Of a DNA stretch of 20,000 bases, positions 8,645-17,331 are shown in pieces. The notes beneath the pieces are model-generated. The model was not told the DNA's origin. It made no database searches and saw only the letters and a list, made by a program, of their open reading frames with translations. Source of the DNA: an uncultured virus (IMG/VR IMGVR_UViG_3300008117_000004) (lineage: Duplodnaviria > Heunggongvirae > Uroviricota > Caudoviricetes); the IMG/VR virus record IMGVR_UViG_3300008117_000004, positions 115,803-135,802 of that record, one strand, 5' to 3'. The first letter of the stretch is position 1. Each line of letters begins with the position of its first letter. The position numbers were made by a program, and so were the translations under genes.

Positions 8645-11600
8645 TTGGCAAGAAATCCTAGATATCAAATACATAATTTAGATACAGATGGTTATGGTAA
8701 GTTGGTTCAAATTATTGATGGTATTCTTTATGATGGTTTTGGAAATCAATTAATTTTTCAAGGTGGTGGTGGAACAGGAACCTCAGGGACATCAGGTGTT
8801 AATGGTAATAATGGTTTAAATGGATCTTCTGGTTATGGAGTACCATCTGGTGGTTCTACCGGTCAAGTTCTTGTTAAAGTTGATTCAACAAACTATAATA
8901 CACAATGGGTAACATTTTCTGGTGGTGGTAGCACATCCGGATCATCGGGAACAAGTGGTCCATCTGGAGCTAGTGGTGCTAATGGATCTAATGGTACATC
9001 AGGAACCCGTGGATCTTCAGGAACTTCCGGTCCAGCAGGAGAAAATGGAACAAGCGGAACTTCTGGTATTGGATCTAATGGTACATCAGGAACATCGGCG
9101 ATTGGTACATCTGGAACAAGTGGTGAAAAAGGAACTTCAGGAACAAGTGGTGAAAAGGGAACATCCGGAACTAGCGGTGGTGGTTCTGCTGGAACGAGTG
9201 GAACATCTGGTATTGGATCTAATGGTACATCAGGAACATCAGCGATTGGTACATCAGGCACGAGTGGTTTAAATGGATCTTCAGGAACAAGTGGCGAGAA
9301 TGGAACATCAGGCACGAGTGGTACATCTGGTATTGGATCTAATGGTACATCAGGAACATCGGCGATTGGTACATCAGGAACAAGTGGTGAGAACGGAACT
9401 TCCGGAATAAATGGATCTAACGGGACAGCTGGAACTTCTGGAATAAATGGCGTTAATGGTACATCTGGAACTTCCGGTGTAAATGGTTCATCAGGAACTT
9501 CCGGAATAAATGGCGTTAATGGTACATCTGGGACTTCCGGTGTAAATGGTTCATCAGGAACTTCTGGATCTTCTGGAACTTCCGGAATAAATGGATCTAA
9601 CGGGACATCTGGAACTTCCGGAATAAATGGCGTTAATGGTTCATCAGGAACTTCGGGTTTTAATGGCTCATCAGGGACATCAGGAACAAGTGGAGAAAAT
9701 GGAACTTCGGGTTCATCAGGAACTTCGGGTTTTAATGGCTCATCAGGTACATCAGGTAGTCAAGGTACATCAGGTAGCGCAGGAACTTCTGGAATAAATG
9801 GTGGTGACGGATCTTCTGGAACATCCGGATCTTCTGGAACTAGTGGAATTACAGGAACAAGCGGTAGTGCAGGAACTTCCGGAACAAGTGCAACTAGTGG
9901 AAGCTCAGGAACATCAGGTAGTCAAGGAACAAGTGGAACATCTGGTATCGGATCTAATGGTACATCCGGCACAAGTGGAACATCAATGAGTGTATCCGGA
10001 TCTAATAATGAACTTTTGACATCAGATGGTTCTGGTGGTATTGTTTCAGAATCTTTGATAACTTTTGATGGTGCTAAATTAAGTTTATTATATCAATCTG
10101 GTGATGAAGGAGGTGAAATATTATTAAATAAATCAGTTACTAATAATACACTTGATGGTGTGGGTATAACAATAGACTCTTATCGAAATAAAATAAGGTT
10201 TTTTGAACAAGGTGGTTCAGCAAGAGGAGCATATATTGATTTGACGGAGTGTTCTGCTGGTGTTGGAACAAATCTACTTAGTGGAGTTGGTGGATCCGGT
10301 ACAAGTGGAACATCAGGTGTTAATGGTTCATCTGGAACTTCCGGTGTTAATGGCGCTAATGGTTCATCAGGAACTTCCGGCGTAAGTGGTGCTAACGGCT
10401 CATCTGGAACTTCCGGTGTAAGTGGTGCTAATGGTAATGATGGATCTTCTGGAACTTCCGGTGTTAATGGTGTTAACGGTTCATCTGGAACTTCCGGTGT
10501 AAGTGGTGCTAACGGCTCATCCGGAACTTCCGGTGTAAGTGGTGCTAACGGCTCATCTGGAACTTCTGGTGTAAGTGGTGCTAACGGATCTTCTGGAACT
10601 TCCGGTGTAAATGGTGCTAACGGAAATGATGGATCTTCTGGGACTTCTGGTGTAAGTGGTGCTAACGGATCTTCTGGAACTTCAGGTGTTAATGGCTCAT
10701 CAGGAACAAGTGGTGTATCTGGTTCAAATGGTATAGATTCTGCAAGTTTTGAATATTATTATAGTACATCCACAACAGGATCAGATCCTGGTTCAGGCTA
10801 TTTTAGGTTAAATAACCTAACTATGGGTAGCGCTACTCTACTATATATAGACCAGTTTGATAAAGGAGGTAATAACAATTTACAAGGTTTCTTAAATTCT
10901 TTATCTAACTATGGATCTACATCTAGAAGAGGTTTTATTAAGATAACAAAACAAAATGACTTAACTTGGTTTCAAACATATGAATTTAGCACTACACAAG
11001 ATAATACAGGGTGGTGGACAATAACACTGTCTAATGTTATATCAGATGCAAACTTTACAAATAATGACTTATGCTTTGTAAGTTTCAATGTTTCTGGTCC
11101 AAATGGATCGAGTGGAACTTCAGGTATAAATGGTGCTAACGGATCTTCCGGAACTTCTGGTGTAAATGGTGCTAACGGATCTTCCGGAACTTCCGGTGTA
11201 AATGGTGCTAACGGATCTTCCGGAACTTCTGGTGTTAATGGTGCTAACGGATCTTCTGGAACATCCGGTGTTAATGGTGGTAATGGTTCATCTGGAACAT
11301 CCGGTGTTAATGGTGTTAATGGTGCTAACGGCTCATCTGGAACTTCAGGTGTAAGTGGTGCTAACGGTAACGATGGATCTTCTGGAACTTTTGGTTCATC
11401 TGGAACTTCCGGTGTAAGTGGTGCTAACGGTAATGATGGTTCATCTGGAACTTCCGGTGTTAATGGAACATCCGGAACAACAGGAACTTCTGGTTTACTA
11501 ACATTAACTGGAACAACAGATAATGGAGTAATAACTCTAAATGGATCTCAGCCAAATGGAAATGTTGAAACAAATTTAACATTTGATGGTAGTCAATTAA

Positions 11601-11713
11601 ATGTAACAGGATCTACTAGAATAAGTGGAACATTCTCAGGAACAACTTCTAATTATGTCACTGCTGATTTTATAACACAAACAGTTTTACTTTATCTTTC
11701 AAATAATACTTAA
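8645..11713 (+). CDS. Modular virion fibre-like protein 2, dominated by Gly-X-Y (GTS/GSS/GVN/GAN) tracts; paralogue of protein 1
   Basis: TTG start; N-terminal YGKLVQ...LYDGFGN and C-terminal ~70 aa align with protein 1; fibre-type motif [24 protein letters not shown]; three long triplet tracts separated by two globular inserts. Confidence 0.82.
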   Translation: MARNPRYQIHNLDTDGYGKLVQIIDGILYDGFGNQLIFQGGGGTGTSGTSGVNGNNGLNGSSGYGVPSGGSTGQVLVKVDSTNYNTQWVTFSGGGSTSGSSGTSGPSGASGANGSNGTSGTRGSSGTSGPAGENGTSGTSGIGSNGTSGTSAIGTSGTSGEKGTSGTSGEKGTSGTSGGGSAGTSGTSGIGSNGTSGTSAIGTSGTSGLNGSSGTSGENGTSGTSGTSGIGSNGTSGTSAIGTSGTSGENGTSGINGSNGTAGTSGINGVNGTSGTSGVNGSSGTSGINGVNGTSGTSGVNGSSGTSGSSGTSGINGSNGTSGTSGINGVNGSSGTSGFNGSSGTSGTSGENGTSGSSGTSGFNGSSGTSGSQGTSGSAGTSGINGGDGSSGTSGSSGTSGITGTSGSAGTSGTSATSGSSGTSGSQGTSGTSGIGSNGTSGTSGTSMSVSGSNNELLTSDGSGGIVSESLITFDGAKLSLLYQSGDEGGEILLNKSVTNNTLDGVGITIDSYRNKIRFFEQGGSARGAYIDLTECSAGVGTNLLSGVGGSGTSGTSGVNGSSGTSGVNGANGSSGTSGVSGANGSSGTSGVSGANGNDGSSGTSGVNGVNGSSGTSGVSGANGSSGTSGVSGANGSSGTSGVSGANGSSGTSGVNGANGNDGSSGTSGVSGANGSSGTSGVNGSSGTSGVSGSNGIDSASFEYYYSTSTTGSDPGSGYFRLNNLTMGSATLLYIDQFDKGGNNNLQGFLNSLSNYGSTSRRGFIKITKQNDLTWFQTYEFSTTQDNTGWWTITLSNVISDANFTNNDLCFVSFNVSGPNGSSGTSGINGANGSSGTSGVNGANGSSGTSGVNGANGSSGTSGVNGANGSSGTSGVNGGNGSSGTSGVNGVNGANGSSGTSGVSGANGNDGSSGTFGSSGTSGVSGANGNDGSSGTSGVNGTSGTTGTSGLLTLTGTTDNGVITLNGSQPNGNVETNLTFDGSQLNVTGSTRISGTFSGTTSNYVTADFITQTVLLYLSNNT
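8921..9984 (+). repeat. Coding Gly-X-Y triplet repeat tract with higher-order duplications
   Basis: GTS/GSS/GxN triplets; [16 protein letters not shown] unit three times; 63-bp tandem duplication 9431-9493/9494-9556. Confidence 0.9.
10283..10735 (+). repeat. Coding Gly-X-Y repeat tract, 12-aa unit [11 protein letters not shown](S/N)
   Basis: Repeated 36-bp-type unit with synonymous variation and occasional GND insertions. Confidence 0.9.
11096..11494 (+). repeat. Coding Gly-X-Y repeat tract, 12-aa unit [12 protein letters not shown]
   Basis: Four near-identical 36-bp units at 11132, 11168, 11204 and 11240, followed by diverged copies. Confidence 0.9.
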
Positions 11714-11729
11714 TAGAGAAGAGTATTTA

Positions 11730-11738
11730 AAATATATA
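11730..11738 (+). promoter_or_regulatory. AAATATATA, variant of the putative late promoter
   Basis: One mismatch to TAATATATA, intergenic, 20 nt before ATG 11759. Confidence 0.4.
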
Positions 11739-11758
11739 CTCTAAAAAAGTATATAAAA

Positions 11759-12193
11759 ATGGCAAATACTTTAACATTTACAAGTACACCTTTTCTACAA
11801 GGATTTATAGCATCAACTGCTAGTAACTCATCAAATAACACTAAATATGATGTTTTAGATTCGGATGCTAATGATAGAAGAATATATGGAATGGCTATAA
11901 CATCAACTGATGCAGGTGCACAAACCGTTAAAATTCACTTGAATAATGGATCGACATCATATCAAGCTTTTACATTAAACGTTCCTTTGAATTCTGGTAA
12001 CTCTACTTCTGTCGCATCAGTTGATATTATGGGTAGTGTATATGGAGCTTCAATTTTTCAAAAACAAAGAGATGCTAATGGCGTTCCATATTTTAATCTA
12101 CCAGCTAACTGGAAAGTTCAAATGGAATACAACACGACATTGGCGAGTGCTGAGGTTTTAAATGTTTTTGTTTTTGGTGAAAGTTACGCATAA
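11759..12193 (+). CDS. Fibre-associated beta-rich protein, paralogue A (one ~140-aa domain)
   Basis: Motifs RRIYG, NSGN, PYFNLPANW and terminal GESY shared with the next two genes. Confidence 0.8.
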   Translation: MANTLTFTSTPFLQGFIASTASNSSNNTKYDVLDSDANDRRIYGMAITSTDAGAQTVKIHLNNGSTSYQAFTLNVPLNSGNSTSVASVDIMGSVYGASIFQKQRDANGVPYFNLPANWKVQMEYNTTLASAEVLNVFVFGESYA

Positions 12194-12618
12194 TGGGAAA
12201 TAAATTAACATACACATCTAGTAGTTTTATGGAATGTACAGTAGCGACAGCTTCTAGAACAGGAGGTACTATTTATGATATTTTGGGAGCAACTTCTTCA
12301 AATAGAAGAGTATATGGGATAAGTGTTGTCAATGCTGATAATGCAGCTAACCCGGTAAAAGTCTATTTAAACGATGGGATTAATAGATACCAAGTTAGTA
12401 ATGTCAACTTAGCTGCCAACTCTGGTAATAGTACATCTGTTGGATTAACTAATGTCTTTATTAGTACAATGGGTGAATCTGTTTTTTGTAAAACAAGAGA
12501 TGCTAATGGTATACCATATTTTAATTTACCTGCAAATTGGAAGATACAATTGTCATTGACAAATACACCAGGTGCTGGTGAGTACGTACATACTTTTGTT
12601 TATGGAGAAAATTATTAA
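12193..12618 (+). CDS. Fibre-associated beta-rich protein, paralogue B (one ~140-aa domain)
   Basis: RRVYG, NSGN, RDANGIPYFNLPANW, GENY; TAATG stop/start overlap with the previous gene. Confidence 0.8.
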   Translation: MGNKLTYTSSSFMECTVATASRTGGTIYDILGATSSNRRVYGISVVNADNAANPVKVYLNDGINRYQVSNVNLAANSGNSTSVGLTNVFISTMGESVFCKTRDANGIPYFNLPANWKIQLSLTNTPGAGEYVHTFVYGENY

Positions 12619-12623
12619 TTACT

Positions 12624-13478
12624 ATGGCTGATTCATTATTATTATCAAATTCAATGTACTTAGAATGTATATCATTAACAGCGTCAAGTTCATCTGGTAC
12701 TGCCTATGCAATAATAACAGCTACTTCAAGTTATGATAGAAGAATTTATGGAATTAGTATAGCAAATACATCAGCGGTTAACCACTTAACTTGTACACTT
12801 TGGTTAAGTGATGGAACCACAAATTATCAAATGGGTAAATTAGATGTTCCGGCTAACTCAGGTAACACATCAACAATCTCAGCAGTTGATTTATTTACTA
12901 AATCGGTTTTTGGTGGTTTATTAACAAATTCTATGGCTGATAATATGGGGGTTTGGTATTTTAATTTACCAAAAACTTGGAGTATGAAGTTTACTTATAC
13001 GAATACTTTATCAACTGGTAATGAGATGACATTTACATCATTTGGAGAAATATATGATAGTTATAATATAAGACATACATCAAGTGGATTTGAACAGTCC
13101 GCAACATTTTCAAGTGCAACTGGTACAAATACAATTGACTTGTTGAGTTCATCAATATATGATAGAAGAATTTATGGACTTAGTTCTACTAGTACAGATG
13201 GTACCGCAAGAACAATGACTATTAAATTAAGTAATGGTGTAAATAGTTACTTGTTATATACCGAATCTATATTAGCAAACTCTGGTAATGCGACTACCAT
13301 AGCATCAGGTGATATATTTTATGATGCTTTGATACAGGGTTTATTTACAAGAACTGCTGACTCGGAGGGTGCTTGTTATTATTTTAATTTACCGGCTGGT
13401 TGGAGTATAACTGGTAAATTATCAGGTTCAACTACTGGTGTTATAACAATAAAAACGATTGGAGAAGTTTATGGGTAG
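12624..13478 (+). CDS. Fibre-associated beta-rich protein, paralogue C (two tandem ~140-aa domains)
   Basis: Two copies of YDRRIYG...ANSGN...YFNLPxxW...GExY. Confidence 0.8.
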   Translation: MADSLLLSNSMYLECISLTASSSSGTAYAIITATSSYDRRIYGISIANTSAVNHLTCTLWLSDGTTNYQMGKLDVPANSGNTSTISAVDLFTKSVFGGLLTNSMADNMGVWYFNLPKTWSMKFTYTNTLSTGNEMTFTSFGEIYDSYNIRHTSSGFEQSATFSSATGTNTIDLLSSSIYDRRIYGLSSTSTDGTARTMTIKLSNGVNSYLLYTESILANSGNATTIASGDIFYDALIQGLFTRTADSEGACYYFNLPAGWSITGKLSGSTTGVITIKTIGEVYG

Positions 13479-14364
13479 AAATGGTAAAAATGATGGATTA
13501 AAACAAGGTAGACTACAAGGTGCTAAAACTGGTTTTGGTTTTTCTAGAATGGAAAGTGGTTTAAAGAAAGGTGTTGTAAGTGAATCTGGAATGCACAATA
13601 AAATACAAGATCCGACTTTACTTCAAGGTAGTAAAAAACCGAGTTCTTTTTGGTTGGCTGATTACGCAACTGCCACCGGAGCAGGAGCTACAATAACCGC
13701 TTTATCAGAATTGATATCAGGAGCAACCGCCTTTACTATATTATCATCACCCGCATATCAACCACCATATTCAGGTAACGGTGGAGTTTATAATAATAAA
13801 GCTTATATTGATTTTAACTCAGGAGCCGATTTAATATACACAAGTTTATCAACAATGGGCTCTGGTAAAAATGAATTAACTTTGATGATGGTTGTTAGAT
13901 TAAGTACTACATCAACAACAACTTTATTTTATAGTGTTGACTCAACAATTTCAACAACAGTAGGAGATATAAGAGTTGAATCAATTGGTGGTAATAAAAT
14001 AAGAGTAACATTTATAGGAAATCCAACTTCAACATCATCTGTTTATGAGACATATGATTCGACATTAGAGGGTAATAACTGGCATTTATTAACAGTGAAG
14101 TTTAGGTTATATCAACCTGGTGGTCAAGGATCGGAAATGGAGCTATGGTTAAATGGTAATTTGAATATGGCGCCAGTTACTACAACCTTTGGTGGATCTA
14201 CATCAACATTTGTTGGTAACTCATACAATATAGGTAATAACTCATCACAAACGGCTGGTGGTTCAAATATGGCGGCTTTTTTAACATTGGATTATTGGGT
14301 AAATTCATCTGAACAGATGAGATTAGAAAACTTTTTTAGATGGTATTATGGTAGGAGATTTTAG
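13471..14364 (+). CDS. LamG/concanavalin A-like lectin-fold protein with basic Gly/Lys-rich N-terminus; candidate receptor-binding subunit
   Basis: IDFNSGAD, LTLMMVVR, NWHLLTV, MELWLNG and YNIGN pattern typical of LamG-like jelly-rolls; ATG 13471 overlaps the upstream stop. Confidence 0.65.
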   Translation: MGRNGKNDGLKQGRLQGAKTGFGFSRMESGLKKGVVSESGMHNKIQDPTLLQGSKKPSSFWLADYATATGAGATITALSELISGATAFTILSSPAYQPPYSGNGGVYNNKAYIDFNSGADLIYTSLSTMGSGKNELTLMMVVRLSTTSTTTLFYSVDSTISTTVGDIRVESIGGNKIRVTFIGNPTSTSSVYETYDSTLEGNNWHLLTVKFRLYQPGGQGSEMELWLNGNLNMAPVTTTFGGSTSTFVGNSYNIGNNSSQTAGGSNMAAFLTLDYWVNSSEQMRLENFFRWYYGRRF

Positions 14365-14563
14365 TGTTAATAGACCGAGTTTTGATCCAGAAACTCAAAA
14401 ATTAGTTCTTAAGCAAGAATATATTGGAATTGGTGAAGTTCGTAGATTTTCAGGAACAATTCTTATAATATTTGATACGAACGTAGCAACTGAAGATATG
14501 TATCCGTATTATTTCTATAATGGTTTAGATTCAATATTTGATGTTGTTCCAATTAATCAATAA
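14348..14563 (+). CDS. Small hypothetical protein
   Basis: 71-aa ORF overlapping the upstream gene by 17 nt and filling the gap to the next promoter motif. Confidence 0.6.
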   Translation: MVGDFSVNRPSFDPETQKLVLKQEYIGIGEVRRFSGTILIIFDTNVATEDMYPYYFYNGLDSIFDVVPINQ

Positions 14564-14578
14564 ATAAGTTTTTATTTT

Positions 14579-14587
14579 TAATATATA
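14579..14587 (+). promoter_or_regulatory. TAATATATA putative phage (late) promoter
   Basis: Exact motif 4 nt before ATG 14592. Confidence 0.55.
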
Positions 14588-14591
14588 ATTT

Positions 14592-15362
14592 ATGAAGAAA
14601 TATTTTGAATTTGTTCAAAGTGATTTTGAACCCATTAAATCTTTTTACATCAAAGATGAGTTAAATCCTAAAGTTTGGAGTGATAATAAAATTGATCCAG
14701 AAATCAGAGAAAACTTGTTGAAAATAGCTGAAGATTTTTATAATAGTACAGATTTAAATGTTGATGTTAAAGATATAATACTAACTGGTTCTTTAGCTAA
14801 TTACAATTGGTCTGAAAAATATTCAGATTATGATTTACACATATTAATCGACTTCGATGATGTTGATGATAATGTTGAATTAGTTAAAAAGTATGTTGAT
14901 TCAGCAAAAAAGAATTGGAATGACGAACATGATATAAAAATAAAGGGATATGAAGTTGAGGTTTATATACAAGATATTGATGAACCACACAAATCAACAG
15001 GTGTATTCTCATTATTGAAAGATAAGTGGAATGTTAGACCGGAGAAAGTAAAATTTGAACCAGATGAGGAGTATCTAAGAGAAAAGTCTAAATCTATTAT
15101 GATGATGGTTGATGATTTAGAATCTCAAATCAATGAAGATAAGTATGATAAATTCAATGAGAAGCTAACAAAGGTTTGGAATAAAGTTAAGAACCTAAGA
15201 AAAAGTGGATTAGAAGAAAGTGGTGAATTATCTTTAGGTAATTTATTGTTCAAATTGTTAAGAAGGAATGGATATATCGGAAAGATTATTGATATGAAGA
15301 TCAAATCATATGATAAACAATTCGAGTCTATTAAAAATAATTATGGTGATGATGAATATTAA
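14592..15362 (+). CDS. Pol-beta-superfamily nucleotidyltransferase with helical C-terminal domain
   Basis: hG[S] and DxD signature ILTGSLANYNWSEKYSDYDLHILID, third acidic strand EVEVYIQD; helical C-terminus LRKSGLEESGELSLGNLLFKLLRRNG. Confidence 0.8.
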   Translation: MKKYFEFVQSDFEPIKSFYIKDELNPKVWSDNKIDPEIRENLLKIAEDFYNSTDLNVDVKDIILTGSLANYNWSEKYSDYDLHILIDFDDVDDNVELVKKYVDSAKKNWNDEHDIKIKGYEVEVYIQDIDEPHKSTGVFSLLKDKWNVRPEKVKFEPDEEYLREKSKSIMMMVDDLESQINEDKYDKFNEKLTKVWNKVKNLRKSGLEESGELSLGNLLFKLLRRNGYIGKIIDMKIKSYDKQFESIKNNYGDDEY

Positions 15363-16050
15363 GATATCTGAAATAGAAAATATGTTTAAAGAAATCTTCA
15401 GTGAAGAAGATGGTAAAGTTTCATCAGTTGAAACAGTTTATGAAACTCCAGATGATGGAGATTTTCTTAAATTGATTATTTCTTTACATGGATTAAATAC
15501 CGAAAACTCCACTATAATACACACTAAATTTATATTTAAAGTTGATGCTGGTAAAAGACATTTAATTGATAATTCATTTATTTATCTTTATGATATAAAC
15601 TGTATTTATCACAAAATTGATTTTGATAATGTTATAGATCTTCAAGAAAAAATAGAAGATGTTGTTGACTCAAATGACTTTGGTGAAGATATTCAGATTT
15701 TATCTGACTTTATTGAAGCACCTGCAATGTTCTTAAACTATTACATGAAAAGAGCAAAGATAACAGATTATTCTATTTTTGATGTTGAATATAGTCCTAA
15801 GTTTAAAACAACTCCTTGTGATCAAACAAAATTTGATTTTAAAGTGAATATAAATAATAACTACTTTATTGAAATGTCTATTTGGAAAATTGAGGCTAAT
15901 GATAAAGAAGATGTTGATAAGTATAAAATGCAGTTTCGTTTTATGGATGAAATTAAAACTGTTGAAACTGATACCTTAAATAATATACACTATTTCATAG
16001 GTTCTAATATAGCTAAATTATTAGACAGAAAACTAAAAAATAAAGATTAA
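15352..16050 (+). CDS. Hypothetical acidic protein
   Basis: Long ORF; start uncertain (in-frame ATGs at 15310, 15343, 15349, 15352; the last gives the smallest overlap). No recognisable motif. Confidence 0.75.
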   Translation: MNIKISEIENMFKEIFSEEDGKVSSVETVYETPDDGDFLKLIISLHGLNTENSTIIHTKFIFKVDAGKRHLIDNSFIYLYDINCIYHKIDFDNVIDLQEKIEDVVDSNDFGEDIQILSDFIEAPAMFLNYYMKRAKITDYSIFDVEYSPKFKTTPCDQTKFDFKVNINNNYFIEMSIWKIEANDKEDVDKYKMQFRFMDEIKTVETDTLNNIHYFIGSNIAKLLDRKLKNKD

Positions 16051-16052
16051 TA

Positions 16053-16427
16053 ATGACTTATAAAGATAATCAACCAGTATTTAACGTAAATAGAAAAGTT
16101 GCTAATTTTAAAGACTTTGCTCAAGATAAAGAAAAATTAGCTAAAGCTGATTTACAAAGAAAACCTAATTCAGAAGACCAACAACATATTGGTAATAAAA
16201 GAACTGAATATAATACAGTTACTCATAAATTAACTGATTATTCAGATGATGAAATTAAAGATAGATTGGATTCAATGGATAATTTAGAAGAGTCATTATC
16301 TAGTGAATATAAAGATTTGGTTAAAAAGATTAAAAAACTTAAATGTATGGGAACTATCGCAGAGGGTGTTGGTTATGAATACGCAAAAAAAGATATAATA
16401 GAATTAATAAGAAAAGATTTTAAATAA
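16053..16427 (+). CDS. Hypothetical charged protein
   Basis: 124-aa ORF starting 2 nt after the upstream stop; contains KVANFKDF near the N-terminus. Confidence 0.7.
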   Translation: MTYKDNQPVFNVNRKVANFKDFAQDKEKLAKADLQRKPNSEDQQHIGNKRTEYNTVTHKLTDYSDDEIKDRLDSMDNLEESLSSEYKDLVKKIKKLKCMGTIAEGVGYEYAKKDIIELIRKDFK

Positions 16428-16430
16428 TCT

Positions 16431-16838
16431 ATGAAATATATTAAATTATTTGAAAGTTTTGGAAGTAGAGACTTTAAATCTGATATAGATCATATTAAAA
16501 TGATCATGTCTGATATTGAAGATGATGGTATTGACTTTAGAGTTATACCAAATGAAAGAGCTTTTGATGATGAAAAAGATTATATCTATATAAAAATATA
16601 CAATATACCATTTTATTTACCTAATAAATTAGATTATTTTGATAGAAAATATAAACAATTAATTGGTGAAATAGGTGATTTATATCATCTTGATAAAATA
16701 AGAGCCAAATCTTCTCTTGGATTAATAAGATCATTTAATTCTCATGACGAATATTATAAATGGTGTAGAGGTAAAAAACAGAGTATATCAGAATTAGACT
16801 TTGAATTCTCAAGTCATGATGGAAAAGAAGTTTTTTAA
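16431..16838 (+). CDS. Hypothetical protein with MKYIKLFESF N-terminal motif (possible internal head protein)
   Basis: 135-aa ORF; N-terminus near-identical to that of the next gene. Confidence 0.75.
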   Translation: MKYIKLFESFGSRDFKSDIDHIKMIMSDIEDDGIDFRVIPNERAFDDEKDYIYIKIYNIPFYLPNKLDYFDRKYKQLIGEIGDLYHLDKIRAKSSLGLIRSFNSHDEYYKWCRGKKQSISELDFEFSSHDGKEVF

Positions 16839-16840
16839 AA

Positions 16841-16849
16841 TAATATATA
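16841..16849 (+). promoter_or_regulatory. TAATATATA putative phage (late) promoter
   Basis: Exact motif 4 nt before ATG 16854. Confidence 0.55.
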
Positions 16850-16853
16850 CTAA

Positions 16854-17321
16854 ATGAAATATTTAAAGTTATTTGAAGCATTTGAGTCTAATATAATGTC
16901 TAAGACTCTAAAGTATTTATCAAAAGATGGTAAGGAAAGATTTTTTCAACTAATGAAAGCATTTAGTGAAAAATATGATTATCCTTTCTCAAAATTAAAT
17001 GATGATTTTTTCGAGTATTTACCGTACGCATCAGCACTTAAAAAGTATATAAGTTCTGTAGCAAAAACAGTAGATTGTAAAGCTAAATCAGAAGAATTAT
17101 TAGATAGTGACGTTGCTGTACCAGGTGACGTTTGTACTGGTGGTAAAATAAAAAGAAAATGGGGTGAAGGATCAAGAAGTGTTGAATGTACAAAATGTAA
17201 TGGTACGGGAAAAATTACTGTTGATGAAGCTCCAGAATTACCAGATGGTTATGAACTAACTAAAATATGGTTAGATGATGAAGGTAATATTGTTGATATT
17301 ACTTACACAGTCTTTTACTGA
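16854..17321 (+). CDS. Hypothetical protein with MKYLKLFEAF N-terminal motif and DnaJ-type zinc-finger-like motif
   Basis: Cys codons at 17076 and 17133 (CTGGK) plus CTKCNGTG at 17187; TGA stop. Confidence 0.75.
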   Translation: MKYLKLFEAFESNIMSKTLKYLSKDGKERFFQLMKAFSEKYDYPFSKLNDDFFEYLPYASALKKYISSVAKTVDCKAKSEELLDSDVAVPGDVCTGGKIKRKWGEGSRSVECTKCNGTGKITVDEAPELPDGYELTKIWLDDEGNIVDITYTVFY

Positions 17322-17331
17322 AAATGAGACT

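Noticed and set aside
8162..9989. Alternative-frame and antisense ORFs (8162-8407, 8201-8398, 8235-8453, 8893-9315, 8922-9272, 9798-9989)
   Set aside because: Shadows of the repetitive Gly/Ser/Thr codons, fully nested in the fibre genes.
5050..11713. Fibre genes as bacterial autotransporters or ice-nucleation proteins
   Set aside because: No signal peptide, no C-terminal beta-barrel signature and no InaZ-type AGYGSTxT repeats.
5050..14364. Higher-GC segment as a horizontally acquired island
   Set aside because: Explained by Gly/Ser/Thr/Ala-rich proteins; third positions remain A/T-rich, the same upstream motif is used, and no integrase or att sites are visible.
14592..16050. MNT-HEPN toxin-antitoxin or CBASS locus
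   Set aside because: The downstream protein shows no convincing HEPN fold cues, and no CBASS effector or Cap genes are adjacent.
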